From NCBI GenBank assembly GCA_044220955.1, contig JBGAQA010000064.1:1-38582 (forward strand): DNA of 38,582 bases, written 5' to 3'. Of this stretch, positions 18,121 through 28,377 are shown in pieces (position 1 is the first letter of the stretch; every line of letters starts with the position of its first letter). This DNA comes from Sandaracinaceae bacterium. Its GTDB lineage: Bacteria > Myxococcota_A > Polyangia > Polyangiales > Sandaracinaceae. The position numbers and the translations under genes were made by a program. Under the pieces are notes generated by a model. That model had not been told where the DNA came from and searched no databases. It saw only the letters and a program-made list of their open reading frames with translations.

Positions 18121-18178
18121 GGCGAAGCGGCACGGAGTCGTGTCGCCCTTCGACGCCTCCGCTAGACCAGGAGACCCC

Positions 18179-18457
18179 ATGGCCATCAAGGTTCGCATCC
18201 CCACTCCGCTCCGTACGTTCACCAAGGGCCTCGACGAGGTCGAGGTCGAGGGCTCGACGGTCCGCGCCGCGATCGACGATCTCGAGAAGAGCTACGCGGG
18301 CATCAAGGATCGCATCTGCGACGACAAGGGCGTGCGCCGCTTCGTGAACATCTTCCTCAACGAGGAGGAGGACATCCGCTTCCTCGACGGGCTCGACACG
18401 GCGCTGAAGGCCGGCGACTCGCTCCAGATCGTCCCGGCCATCGCCGGCGGTCGATGA
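18179..18457 (+). CDS. MoaD/ThiS/CysO-like ubiquitin-fold sulfur carrier
   Basis: CAGGAG RBS; VRIPTPLRTFT...RRFVNIFLNEEEDIRFLDGLDT...IVPAIAGGR, very CysO-like; diglycine followed by one Arg. Confidence 0.93.
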   Translation: MAIKVRIPTPLRTFTKGLDEVEVEGSTVRAAIDDLEKSYAGIKDRICDDKGVRRFVNIFLNEEEDIRFLDGLDTALKAGDSLQIVPAIAGGR

Positions 18458-18819
18458 GCGGCGCGCCTCGCCTGCGCTACGTCCGCCAGTACGTGCTCGC
18501 CGAGATCGGCACCGACGGGCAGCGGCGGATCGAGGTCGCCGAGGTGCGCGCCGGCGACGGCGACCCGCGAGCGCTCGAGGTCGCGCTCTCGTATCTCTCG
18601 CGCGCCGGGATGAAGCGGAACGACGACGACGGCGCGCGAATCGACGTCGTGGCTTCGGAGGAGGTCGCGCGGATCGCCGGACGGACGGAGCTGCGCGAGG
18701 CCGCGGCCTTCCTCGCCGGCGCGCTCGCGGCCACGGCCGAGCTGGCTCGCGTCGTCGGCGTCCGCGCACCACCGATCGCGCGCGTCCCGGCGCTCACGGG
18801 GGAAGATGAGCGCGCATAG
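18454..18819 (+). CDS. Small degenerate ThiF/MoeB-like protein (putative inactive E1 subunit)
   Basis: ATGA overlap; RYVRQYVLAEIGTDGQRRI matches the MoeB N-terminus; P-loop region eroded (GDGDPR); YLSRAG retained; C-terminal FLAGALAATAEL helix. Confidence 0.75.
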   Translation: MSGAPRLRYVRQYVLAEIGTDGQRRIEVAEVRAGDGDPRALEVALSYLSRAGMKRNDDDGARIDVVASEEVARIAGRTELREAAAFLAGALAATAELARVVGVRAPPIARVPALTGEDERA

Positions 18820-19735
18820 CCGCGCCCTGGAGCGCATCACCGACGCGGTGGGCGAGACACCCCTGGTGCGGCTGCGCGCCATCCAGAGGGCCGAGTGCCC
18901 GGAGGTCGACCTCTACCTGAAGCTCGAGTACCAGAACCCGGGCGGCTCGGTGAAGGACCGCCCTGCCCTGCGCATGATGCAGGAGGCCCTGCGCGCAGGC
19001 GCCCTCACCAAGGACAAGATCCTGATCGACTCGACCAGCGGGAACACCGGGGTCGCCTACTCGATCTTCGGCGCGGCGCTCGGCGTGCGCGTGATGCTCG
19101 TGATGCCCTCGAACGTGTCGCAGGCGCGCAAGGACATCACGCAGGCGTTCGGCACGGAGCTGGTCTACTCCGATCCGATGGAGGGCTCGGACGGCGCGAT
19201 CCGTCTCGTGCGCGAGATGGTGGCGGCGGAGCCCGCCCGCTTCTTCTACCCGGACCAGTACTCGAACCCGAACAACCCGCTCGCGCACTACCACGGCACG
19301 GGGCGCGAGATCCTCGAGCAGGTCGGCGATCGGATCACGCACTTCGTGGCGGGGCTGGGAACGACGGGCACCGCGATGGGCACCTCGCGCCGTCTCCACG
19401 AGCACGGCCGCAAGATCCACTGCGTCGCCGCGGAGCCGTCCGACGCGATGCACGGGCTCGAGGGGCTCAAGCACCTGGCCTCGTCGATCGTGCCGGCCAT
19501 CTTCGACGCGCGCGCGGTCGACGAGCGCATGGCCGTCGGGACCGAGGAAGGCTGGGACATGGCCGAGCGGGTGCTCCAGGAGGAGGGGCTGCACGTCGGC
19601 CACTCGACCGGCGCGAACGTCTGGGCCGCGGTCGCCCTGGGCCAGCGCATCGGGCGGGGCTGCGTCGTCACGATCGCCTGCGACCGCGGCGATCGTTATT
19701 TCGAGCCGCTGCGCTGGGAGAGACCGAAGAAATGA
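18806..19735 (+). CDS. cysM: Cysteine synthase, CysM-like (intact motifs)
   Basis: KLEYQNPGGSVKDR, DSTSGNTG, PDQYSN, GLGTTGT, HGLEGLKH, CDRGDRY; next to Ubl and JAMM genes as in CysO-dependent pathways. Confidence 0.85.
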   Translation: MSAHSRALERITDAVGETPLVRLRAIQRAECPEVDLYLKLEYQNPGGSVKDRPALRMMQEALRAGALTKDKILIDSTSGNTGVAYSIFGAALGVRVMLVMPSNVSQARKDITQAFGTELVYSDPMEGSDGAIRLVREMVAAEPARFFYPDQYSNPNNPLAHYHGTGREILEQVGDRITHFVAGLGTTGTAMGTSRRLHEHGRKIHCVAAEPSDAMHGLEGLKHLASSIVPAIFDARAVDERMAVGTEEGWDMAERVLQEEGLHVGHSTGANVWAAVALGQRIGRGCVVTIACDRGDRYFEPLRWERPKK

Positions 19736-20253
19736 GCGCTTCCGACGACGACACCTGGATCCGTGGCCCGATCCGCGTGACGCGCGAGGTGATGGAGGCC
19801 GTGCGCGCGCACGCGAAAGAGGCGTACCCGAGCGAGTGCTGCGGCTTCATGTCGGGCCCCGCCTCCGACCCGCCGCGGGTCGACGCGTCCGAGCGTGCCG
19901 TGAACGAGGCCGACCGCTACCACGCGCTCGACCCGGAGCGCTTCCCGCGCACCTCGCGGACGTACTTCAAGATGAACGAGCTCAAGGCCGGCAAGGCCAT
20001 CGACCGCGGCGCCACGACGGGCAGGCCCGTGAAGGTCATCTACCACTCGCACTGCGACGCGGCGAAGGCAGGCGCGCGCGGCGACTACTTCAGCGCCGAG
20101 GACGCGGCGACGTTCGCGCAGGGCAACCAGCTGATGTGGCCCTGCGCGTTCGTCGTGGTGAGCGTCGAGGCAGGCGAGCCCGTCGGCCAGCGACTCTGGG
20201 TCCACCGGCCCGGCACCGATGCGTTCGACGAGGGCGTGCTGGAGATCGAGTGA
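19732..20253 (+). CDS. JAMM/Mov34 (M67, Mec+-like) metalloprotease
   Basis: ATGA overlap; HAKEAYPSECCG (catalytic Glu), YHSH...FSAED (HxH...SxxD). Confidence 0.92.
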   Translation: MSASDDDTWIRGPIRVTREVMEAVRAHAKEAYPSECCGFMSGPASDPPRVDASERAVNEADRYHALDPERFPRTSRTYFKMNELKAGKAIDRGATTGRPVKVIYHSHCDAAKAGARGDYFSAEDAATFAQGNQLMWPCAFVVVSVEAGEPVGQRLWVHRPGTDAFDEGVLEIE

Positions 20254-20273
20254 TCGCGACGCCGGGCGCCGGC

Positions 20274-20663
20274 TCAGGCCTCGGCAGCCGCCGGAGCCTC
20301 GTCGGCCTCGGTGCTGCGGCTCTGGCGGAGACGCGCGGCCTTGCCCTCGAGCTCGCGCAGGTAGAACAGGCGCGAGCGGCGGATGTCGCCGCGCGAGACC
20401 ACCTCGAGGCGCTCGATGCGGGGCGAGTGCTGCGGGAACACGCGCTCGACACCGACGCCGAAGCTGACCTTGCGGACCGTGAACGTCGCGCCGAGGCCGC
20501 CGCGGGCGTGGCGGATGACGACGCCCTGGAACACCTGGATGCGCTCTTTCTCGCCCTCACGGATCCGGTAGTGGACCTTCACCTGGTCGCCCGGGCGGAA
20601 GGTGGGGAGCGTGCGCTTCTGAGCGGCTTCGAGGGCTGCAATCTGCGGAACGGTGTTCGACAT
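20274..20663 (-). CDS. rplS: 50S ribosomal protein L19
   Basis: [56 protein letters not shown]. Confidence 0.98.
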   Translation of the reverse strand: MSNTVPQIAALEAAQKRTLPTFRPGDQVKVHYRIREGEKERIQVFQGVVIRHARGGLGATFTVRKVSFGVGVERVFPQHSPRIERLEVVSRGDIRRSRLFYLRELEGKAARLRQSRSTEADEAPAAAEA

Positions 20664-20718
20664 GATCTACTCGGGTGACGGGGACGAAGGGGGCGAGCCC
20701 GTCGTCGAAAGGGCGGGG

Positions 20719-20747
20719 CAGGTACCATGGAGAGGTTGCGCGGTCAA
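20719..20747 (-). promoter_or_regulatory. Putative sigma-70 promoter of rplS
   Basis: TTGACC-17 nt-TACCTG then GC-rich CCCCGCCC; nearly identical in layout to the rpsP promoter. Confidence 0.55.
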
Positions 20748-20770
20748 TCGGCAGGACTAGACCGAGGGGC

Positions 20771-21232
20771 ATGCTCGCCGTCGGCACCCACGCGCCCGTC
20801 CTGACCGCCGTCGACCACCGGGGCAAGCAGGTGAGCTCGAAGGCGCTCCTCGAGAAGGGGCCGCTGGTGGTCTACTTCTACCCGAAGGACTTCACGCCCG
20901 GCTGCACGCGCGAGGCCTGCATGTTCCGCGACGCCTACGCCGAGCTCGACGGTCAGGGTGCCACGATCGTGGGCGTGAGCATGGACGACGACGCGAGCCA
21001 CGTGCGCTTCGCGGAGCGCTTCGGCCTGCCTTTCTCGCTGGTCGCCGACCCGAGCTTCGCCATCGCGCGCGCGTGGGGCGTGGCGCGCCCGCTGGGGCTC
21101 GGCGCGTGGCGCGTCACCTACGTGATCGACCACGCCGGCGTGATCCGGGGTGCGTTCCACCACGAGGTCTCGATGAGCAAGCACGTCAGCGAGGTCCGCG
21201 ACCTCCTCGATCGGCTGCGGTCCGCGGCCTGA
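20771..21232 (+). CDS. bcp: Peroxiredoxin (BCP/PrxQ)
   Basis: VVYFYPKDFTPGCTREAC.FRD, GVS.D, RVTYVID. Confidence 0.93.
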   Translation: MLAVGTHAPVLTAVDHRGKQVSSKALLEKGPLVVYFYPKDFTPGCTREACMFRDAYAELDGQGATIVGVSMDDDASHVRFAERFGLPFSLVADPSFAIARAWGVARPLGLGAWRVTYVIDHAGVIRGAFHHEVSMSKHVSEVRDLLDRLRSAA

Positions 21233-21240
21233 GCGCGCGC

Positions 21241-21813
21241 TCAGGGGTCGCGCCGGAAGAGCCGATCGAAGGTGATCGCGGCGGCGGCGCGCACCGAGAG
21301 GTGGTTGTAGTCGGCGCTCCCCTCGATCGGCTCGAGCACACGGTCGGCTCGCGCCAGCACGTCCGGGTGCAGGCCGTGCGCCGTACCGAAGAGGATCAGG
21401 GCGGGCCGTGAGGCGGAGGCGAGCCGCTCACGCATGGAGGCGAACGAGACGGCCCGCGCGGCGAGCTCGGGGCGCGCCTCCGTGACGACGACCTCGGGCG
21501 GCGCGCCGGCCTCGACCTCGATCGCGGCGAGCGCCGCCTCGATCGACTCGACGGGACGGCACCGGGCGAGCGCGTCGCTGCGCTCCGGCACGCGTCGCGC
21601 GCCCGCGCCGGTGCGCCAGTGGTCCAGGATCCGATCGACGAGCAAGCGCTGCGCCGCGATCGGCGAGACGACGAAGTATCCCCGCAGGCCGTACGTCCGG
21701 CAGGAGCGCGCGATGTCGTGCACGTCGACGTTGGTGATCGCGCTCGTGATCATCGCGCCGTCGCGGCTCCGCACGGGGTGGTGGATCAAGGCGGCGTAGA
21801 CCGGCGCCCTCAT
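21241..21813 (-). CDS. SPOUT-type RNA methyltransferase typically found next to or fused with trmD in Deltaproteobacteria
   Basis: [38 protein letters not shown]....[15 protein letters not shown]. Confidence 0.88.
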   Translation of the reverse strand: MRAPVYAALIHHPVRSRDGAMITSAITNVDVHDIARSCRTYGLRGYFVVSPIAAQRLLVDRILDHWRTGAGARRVPERSDALARCRPVESIEAALAAIEVEAGAPPEVVVTEARPELAARAVSFASMRERLASASRPALILFGTAHGLHPDVLARADRVLEPIEGSADYNHLSVRAAAAITFDRLFRRDP

Positions 21814-22556
21814 CGCTCGTGCGGCGTGTTTGGCGACACGAGCCCGCGCTCGACGTCCGTCAGCTCGGCCTTCGCGAGCAGATCCGGGCGGCGTGCCGCC
21901 GTGCGCAGGATCGACTGCTCGCGCCGCCAGGCCGCGATCTGCGCGTGGTGTCCGGAGAGCAGCGCCGCCGGGATCCCCTCCCCGCGGAACTCCGCCGGCC
22001 GCGTGTACTGCGGGTACTCGAGCAGCCCGGCCGCGTGCGACTCCTCCTCGATCGAGGCCGCATTGCCGAGCACCCCCGGCAACAGACGCGTGGTCGCCTC
22101 GACCACCGCCATCGCCGCGACCTCGCCGCCCATGAGCACGAAGTCACCGAGCGAGACCTCGACGTCGACGCGCTTTCGCGCGCGCTCGTCGATGCCCTCG
22201 TAGCGCCCCGACACCAGCGTGAGCGCTCCGTGCGTCGCGAGCTCGCGTGCTCGCGCCTGGGTGAACGGCTCGCCCTGCGGCGTCAGCAGCACACGCGTCG
22301 GCCGCGCGCCGCCGCGCTCGAGCTCGCGCGCCTCGGCCGCCTCCATCGCCTCGACCAGGGGGCCCGGCATCATGACCATGCCGCTGCCTCCGCCGTAGGG
22401 CGTGTCGTCCACGGATCGATGCTTGTCGTGCGCGAAGTCGCGCAGCGCGACGGGCTCGATCCCCACCAGGCCCTTCTCGATCGCCTTGGCCACGAGCCCC
22501 GTCGCGACGAACGAGCCGAAGATCTCCGGCAGCACCGAGACGAGATAGAACCTCAT
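21810..22556 (-). CDS. trmD: tRNA (guanine-N1)-methyltransferase
   Basis: [56 protein letters not shown]. Confidence 0.97.
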   Translation of the reverse strand: MRFYLVSVLPEIFGSFVATGLVAKAIEKGLVGIEPVALRDFAHDKHRSVDDTPYGGGSGMVMMPGPLVEAMEAAEARELERGGARPTRVLLTPQGEPFTQARARELATHGALTLVSGRYEGIDERARKRVDVEVSLGDFVLMGGEVAAMAVVEATTRLLPGVLGNAASIEEESHAAGLLEYPQYTRPAEFRGEGIPAALLSGHHAQIAAWRREQSILRTAARRPDLLAKAELTDVERGLVSPNTPHER

Positions 22557-23083
22557 GGCGACCGCGGCGGCTTCTTGGGCCGCGCGCGCTCGACGGGGAA
22601 GTCGCTCGCGTGCGCGATCTCGATGCGGCGCGCGGCGAGGTCCACCCCGGCGAAGTAGGGCGCGACCGCCGGGACCTCGCGCGTGCCCTCCGCGCTCTGG
22701 ACCACGAGGCACGTCGAGGCCGGGTACGTCACCACCCCGACGACCTCTCCGAGAGCCGCCCCGCCCTCGAAGCAAGCGCAGCCGACGAGATCCGCGAGGT
22801 AGAGCTCCCCGGGCCCAGGCGGCGGGAGCGCGTCGCGCGGGACGCTGATCTCGGCACCGGTGAGGCCCTCGGCCGCCTCGCGCGTGTCGACACCGTCGAG
22901 CGCGACGACGAGCATGTCGCCCGCGGGCCGCGCCGCGCGGATCCGAGTGCGCGTGCCGCCGACGACGACGTCGCTCCCGGGCGTGAGCAGCGCGGAGCCC
23001 GCGTTGTACGGGAGCAGGCGGATCTCCCCGTGCACGCCGTGCGCGCGGCCGAGCCGCCCGAGCACGACGAGGACGGGGGCCAC
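22553..23083 (-). CDS. rimM: Ribosome maturation factor RimM
   Basis: [31 protein letters not shown]; canonical position between khpA and trmD. Confidence 0.92.
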   Translation of the reverse strand: MAPVLVVLGRLGRAHGVHGEIRLLPYNAGSALLTPGSDVVVGGTRTRIRAARPAGDMLVVALDGVDTREAAEGLTGAEISVPRDALPPPGPGELYLADLVGCACFEGGAALGEVVGVVTYPASTCLVVQSAEGTREVPAVAPYFAGVDLAARRIEIAHASDFPVERARPKKPPRSP

Positions 23084-23091
23084 CGCAGCGG

Positions 23092-23370
23092 CTACTCGAG
23101 GATCTCGAGGACCGCGCGCTTCTTGAGGCGCGCCGAGCTGGCCGCGAGCACCGTCCGGATCGCCCGCGCCGTGCGGCCGTCCTTGCCGATGACCTTGCCG
23201 AGATCGTCCTCGGCCACCGTCAGCTCGATGATCACCGCGCGATCGTCCTCGACCGTCGCGACGCGCACGTCGTCCGGCTCGTCGACGAGGGCGCGGGAGA
23301 CGTAGCGGACGAGCTCCTCGAGCTCCGCGACCCCCTCGGTCGCGGGCCGGGCTCCGCGATCCTCGCTCAC
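23092..23370 (-). CDS. khpA: KH-domain RNA-binding protein
   Basis: [40 protein letters not shown] overlap with rpsP. Confidence 0.93.
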   Translation of the reverse strand: MSEDRGARPATEGVAELEELVRYVSRALVDEPDDVRVATVEDDRAVIIELTVAEDDLGKVIGKDGRTARAIRTVLAASSARLKKRAVLEILE

Positions 23371-23618
23371 GCCTTGGCCGCCGCGCGCTTGAGCGCGTTG
23401 ACGACGTGACGTACGCGCGTCGAGGGCTGGGCGCCGACGCCCACCCAGTGGTCGAAGCGGGCCTGATCGAGCTTCACCGTGCCGATCGGCTTGCTCGGAT
23501 CGTAGGTGCCGATCTGCTCGAGGAACTTGCCGTCGCGCGGGTTCTCCGCGTGCGTGACGACGAAGTGGTAGAAAGGCTGCTTGTTGGTGCCGAAGCGTGC
23601 GAACCGGATCGTGACCAT
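23367..23618 (-). CDS. rpsP: 30S ribosomal protein S16
   Basis: MVTIRFARFGTNKQPFYHFVV....PRDGKFLEQIGTYDP, WVGVGAQPS; GAGGA RBS. Confidence 0.97.
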   Translation of the reverse strand: MVTIRFARFGTNKQPFYHFVVTHAENPRDGKFLEQIGTYDPSKPIGTVKLDQARFDHWVGVGAQPSTRVRHVVNALKRAAAKA

Positions 23619-23676
23619 CGAAACGTTCCTCGAGGCGAACACCGGCCGGGCGAGCCAGGCCGTGTGAAGGGCGCGG

Positions 23677-23705
23677 AAGGTAGCGGCGCTCGCCCGGTCG
23701 GTCAA
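23677..23705 (-). promoter_or_regulatory. Putative sigma-70 promoter of the rpsP operon
   Basis: TTGACC (23705-23700), 17 nt, TACCTT (23682-23677), then a GC-rich discriminator. Confidence 0.65.
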
Positions 23706-23743
23706 GCGCCCGCCCCGGCCCCGCGCGTGGGCGGCGGTCTGGC

Positions 23744-23773
23744 TTGACGCCGCGGGCGCCCGAACGATAGCGT
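23744..23773 (+). promoter_or_regulatory. Putative sigma-70 promoter, possibly giving a leaderless mRNA
   Basis: TTGACG-18 nt-TAGCGT ending 6 nt before GTG 23780; no Shine-Dalgarno. Confidence 0.45.
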
Positions 23774-23779
23774 CCTGCC

Positions 23780-24832
23780 GTGGCTTCTTCGACGGCGGCG
23801 CGCCTCGGGCTCGCCCTGGTGACGGTCGGCTGGGTCTCGGGGGCGGCGCCCGCGAGCGCCCAGCGCATGGACCTGGCGCTCTCGCGCCTGAGCTACCCCG
23901 CGTCGTCCAGCCCGATGGAGACGTATTGCCCCGACACCAGCGGCACGGGCGCCGTCGCCGCGTGCGCGGACGACGGCGAGTGGCGCTCGCTGATCACCGA
24001 GTTCACGGGCGCGCTCATCCCGCCGATGCTCACCCCGGCGCGCACGCGCGGGCCCCGCTCGTTCTACGTCGGTCTCGACACGTCGATCACCGGGATCAGC
24101 GCCAACTCGACGTTCTGGCACCGCGGCACCGAGGGGCAGACGGCGGGCGCCGACATCAACCGCCAGGTCGACGGCGCGCTCGCCTGGACGCGCGTGACCG
24201 TCCGCAAGGCGTTCCCGTTCGGCTTCGAGCTGGGGACCAACATCGGCTACCTGGTGAACACCAGCTACTGGGCGCTGGGCGTCGAGATCCGCTGGTCGAT
24301 CCTCGAGGGCTGGCTCTCGCACGACTGGGTCGTCCCGGACATCGCGTTCCGCGGCGCCGTGCAGACGCTGGTCGGCGATCAGGAATTCAACGCGACCGTC
24401 GCCACGGCCGACCTCTCGATCTCGAATTCGATCATCCTGGGCGACGCGTTCGAGCTCACGCCGATCACCGGCGGCCAGGTGGCCTGGACCTGGTCCGACA
24501 GCGAGCTGGTGGACCTCACGCCCGGCACCAACGCGTTCGCGACGTGCATGCCGAGCAGCGCGACGCCCATGGGCCCCGGCGAGCCGAACTGCGCGGGCAG
24601 CGGCGCCGACTACAACAACAACGCCGTCTTCGCGAGCATCCGGACGATCCGGCCGCGCGCCTTCGTCGGCATCCAGGGCCGCTACGAGGCGTTCACGCTC
24701 ATCGGGATGTTCTCGGGGGACCTGATCCCGCCGACGGACATCGGCTCGAACCACCTGAACGACGTGCACGGCAACCCGCTGCGCATCGATCGACAGTGGC
24801 GGATCGATCTCGGGATCGGCCTCTCCTACTGA
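23780..24832 (+). CDS. Hypothetical exported protein, probable outer-membrane beta-barrel
   Basis: Signal peptide ending PASA-Q, amphipathic beta-strands, C-terminal IDLGIGLSY beta-signal, two Cys-pair loops. Confidence 0.75.
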   Translation: MASSTAARLGLALVTVGWVSGAAPASAQRMDLALSRLSYPASSSPMETYCPDTSGTGAVAACADDGEWRSLITEFTGALIPPMLTPARTRGPRSFYVGLDTSITGISANSTFWHRGTEGQTAGADINRQVDGALAWTRVTVRKAFPFGFELGTNIGYLVNTSYWALGVEIRWSILEGWLSHDWVVPDIAFRGAVQTLVGDQEFNATVATADLSISNSIILGDAFELTPITGGQVAWTWSDSELVDLTPGTNAFATCMPSSATPMGPGEPNCAGSGADYNNNAVFASIRTIRPRAFVGIQGRYEAFTLIGMFSGDLIPPTDIGSNHLNDVHGNPLRIDRQWRIDLGIGLSY

Positions 24833-24856
24833 GTCTCGGCGGCGCTGCGCGCGTGC

Positions 24857-25873
24857 TCAGCGGAGCAGCACGTCGCAATAGTAGCGGAGCTTCTTCACCA
24901 CGGCGCCGTGCGGCCGCGTGTGGATGTCCTTCTTGAGCGCGAGCATGACCTTGCGCTGGATCGTGTAGCCGTTGAGCACCGTCTTGGGCGGGGCCGCGCC
25001 GCCGGCCTTCTCGAGCGCGTCGAAGACCGTCGCGCGCGGCCAGCCCCACTGCGCGAGGTCTGCGTCGTCGAGCTTGTCGATCATCTGCTCGGCGAGCGCG
25101 CGCTTGGCTGCGTCGTTCTTCAGCTCGACCGCCCACTTGTGGAGCGAGTCGGTCACGGGCCGCGAGTGCTGGCTGACCGTGATCGGGTCCCCGGGGCCCT
25201 TCTTGCCCTGGAACTTCTCGCCGTAGTTCACGGCCTCCGGCTCGTTCTCGACACCCATGTACGAGAAGACGCGCTCGAGGTGCTGCTCCGGGGCCGCGAC
25301 GAGCTCCTCGTACTTCACGTGCACGAGCGGCACGGGCCGCTCGCGCAGCATCTTCGCGATCGCCGGCACGTAGCGCTCGACGAGCGGGTTGAACTCGTGG
25401 GCGCGGCCCCAGTCGCCGTCGAAGAAGCTGTTGGCGAAGCTCGAGAAGATCGCGAGCGGGTGCCGGGTGAGCACCACGTACTTCGCCGCGGGGTACACCT
25501 TGGTCAGGAACGGGAGCACCAGCGCGTAGGCCGGCGTCTTGTCCATGAAGAAGCGCTTGCCGGTCGGCACCAGGCTGCGGCCGTAGAGCGTGTCGCAATA
25601 GGCGCGCAGCGCGTCGAGGTAGTCGTCTTCCGCACGCGGCAGCGAGCTCACGAAGAGGCGGATCGCCTCGGCGCTGTTGATGTGATCGAAGGGCGCCTTG
25701 TCGACCGTGTCGTAGTAGCCGAGATAGGCGAGCGGCGTGATCAGGTGCGGCTCGGGGTGCGTGTGCACCTCGGTGTGCGAGCCGATCATGCGCTGCACGA
25801 GCGTCGAGCCGCTCCGCGGCGGCGAGACGACGAAGACCATGCGCTCGCCGTGCTTCCCGAAGTCGTGGTCCAT
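24857..25873 (-). CDS. PAPS-dependent sulfotransferase family protein
   Basis: 5'-PSB SPPRSGST, DKTP, 3'-PB RHPLAIFSS, VKYEELV..PE. Confidence 0.9.
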   Translation of the reverse strand: MDHDFGKHGERMVFVVSPPRSGSTLVQRMIGSHTEVHTHPEPHLITPLAYLGYYDTVDKAPFDHINSAEAIRLFVSSLPRAEDDYLDALRAYCDTLYGRSLVPTGKRFFMDKTPAYALVLPFLTKVYPAAKYVVLTRHPLAIFSSFANSFFDGDWGRAHEFNPLVERYVPAIAKMLRERPVPLVHVKYEELVAAPEQHLERVFSYMGVENEPEAVNYGEKFQGKKGPGDPITVSQHSRPVTDSLHKWAVELKNDAAKRALAEQMIDKLDDADLAQWGWPRATVFDALEKAGGAAPPKTVLNGYTIQRKVMLALKKDIHTRPHGAVVKKLRYYCDVLLR

Positions 25874-25943
25874 AGCCGCGTCGTGGCCGAGCGCGCGGAT
25901 CGTGTCAAACCTTCGGCCGATCCCAGGACCCGAGGACCGCTCC

Positions 25944-27338
<1,395 letters not shown>

Positions 27339-27354
27339 CCTGGCTCGAGCCCGA

Positions 27355-28317
27355 TCAGGGCAGCATGCAAGGCGCGTAGAAGTCCGCCGGAAGCCCGCTG
27401 GCGTACGCGCGCGGCAGCTCGCCGTAGCCGTGGGCCTCGAGGAAGCGCCACGCGCTCTCGCGCGCGGACGAGGGCACGGTGTGGCCCATGCCGTGGTCGC
27501 AGATGAACCCGAAGTCGCCCGCGCCCTGGACGGCGCGGAGCCACGACTCGGTCTGCCGCTGGAACGAGACGAGGACGACGTCGCTCTCGCCGCCGTGCAG
27601 CATCATCGCGGCGAAGCGCGCGTCGGCGGCGTCGCGCGTCGGTGGCCGCGAGCTGCGCAGCCCCCCGCTGTAGGTGACGACGCTCGCGAGGTAGCTCGCG
27701 CGCCGGTAGGCCATCTCGGTCGTGTGGAGCGCGCCGGCGCTGAAGCCGACCGAGTGCACGTGCGCCGCGTCGATGCCGATGCCGCTCCGAGCGCACGCGA
27801 CGATCTCGTCGGCGACGAAGAGGTCGTCCTCCTCGGAGCCGAGGTCGAGGAACCAGGGCAACTGCGTGTTCGCGGGGTCGTGCGCGGGCGCGGCGACGAT
27901 GCCGCCTGCCGCGAGGATCGCGCTCATCGCCGTGTCACCGAGGATGTACTGCGCCTCCGAGGGGGAGCCGCCCGCGCCGTGCCAGACGAGCACGAGCGGA
28001 CCGTCCATCGTGGCGGCCGCGTCCGACACCCAGATCTGCACCGGACGCGCCGCGATCCCGGCCGGTGACACCATCACCGTGCCCGAGCGCGTGAGGTCGG
28101 GGCACGCGCCCGCCGCCGTCGGGAAGCTCGCCGCCGCGCGGATCGCGCCCGCGTCGGTCGGCACCCACGCATCGGGGCCCGCGTCCGGGCGCGCGTACGC
28201 GTCGACCGGCGCCGCGGCGTCGTCGGTCGGGCCGACGTCGGCGCCGGGCGCGGGATCCGCGCAGGCGGCGAGCGAGAGGGCGAGCGTGGCGAAGCCGGCG
28301 ATCGAGGACGTGCGCAT
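27355..28317 (-). CDS. Alpha/beta-hydrolase lipoprotein (PHB depolymerase/esterase-like)
   Basis: Lipobox LAAC; PLVLVWHGAG, GFSAG nucleophile elbow, HGGESD, HGMGH. Confidence 0.82.
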   Translation of the reverse strand: MRTSSIAGFATLALSLAACADPAPGADVGPTDDAAAPVDAYARPDAGPDAWVPTDAGAIRAAASFPTAAGACPDLTRSGTVMVSPAGIAARPVQIWVSDAAATMDGPLVLVWHGAGGSPSEAQYILGDTAMSAILAAGGIVAAPAHDPANTQLPWFLDLGSEEDDLFVADEIVACARSGIGIDAAHVHSVGFSAGALHTTEMAYRRASYLASVVTYSGGLRSSRPPTRDAADARFAAMMLHGGESDVVLVSFQRQTESWLRAVQGAGDFGFICDHGMGHTVPSSARESAWRFLEAHGYGELPRAYASGLPADFYAPCMLP

Positions 28318-28377
28318 GGGGCGCACGTATGGCGGGAAAAGCTTGCGAGCGCAACGATGCTCGGCGGCCGACGACGC

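Noticed and set aside
17389..18819. The two ThiF-like ORFs as a frameshifted single pseudogene
   Set aside because: They are in the wrong order for a broken gene (the N-terminal-like piece is downstream), are separated by an intact Ubl gene, and each has its own coupled start.
17389..20253. Anti-phage ubiquitin-like system (Bil/Bub, CBASS Cap2/Cap3) suggested by E1 + Ubl + JAMM
   Set aside because: No E2 or CD-NTase is present; cysteine synthases and a CymR-like regulator point to sulfur metabolism.
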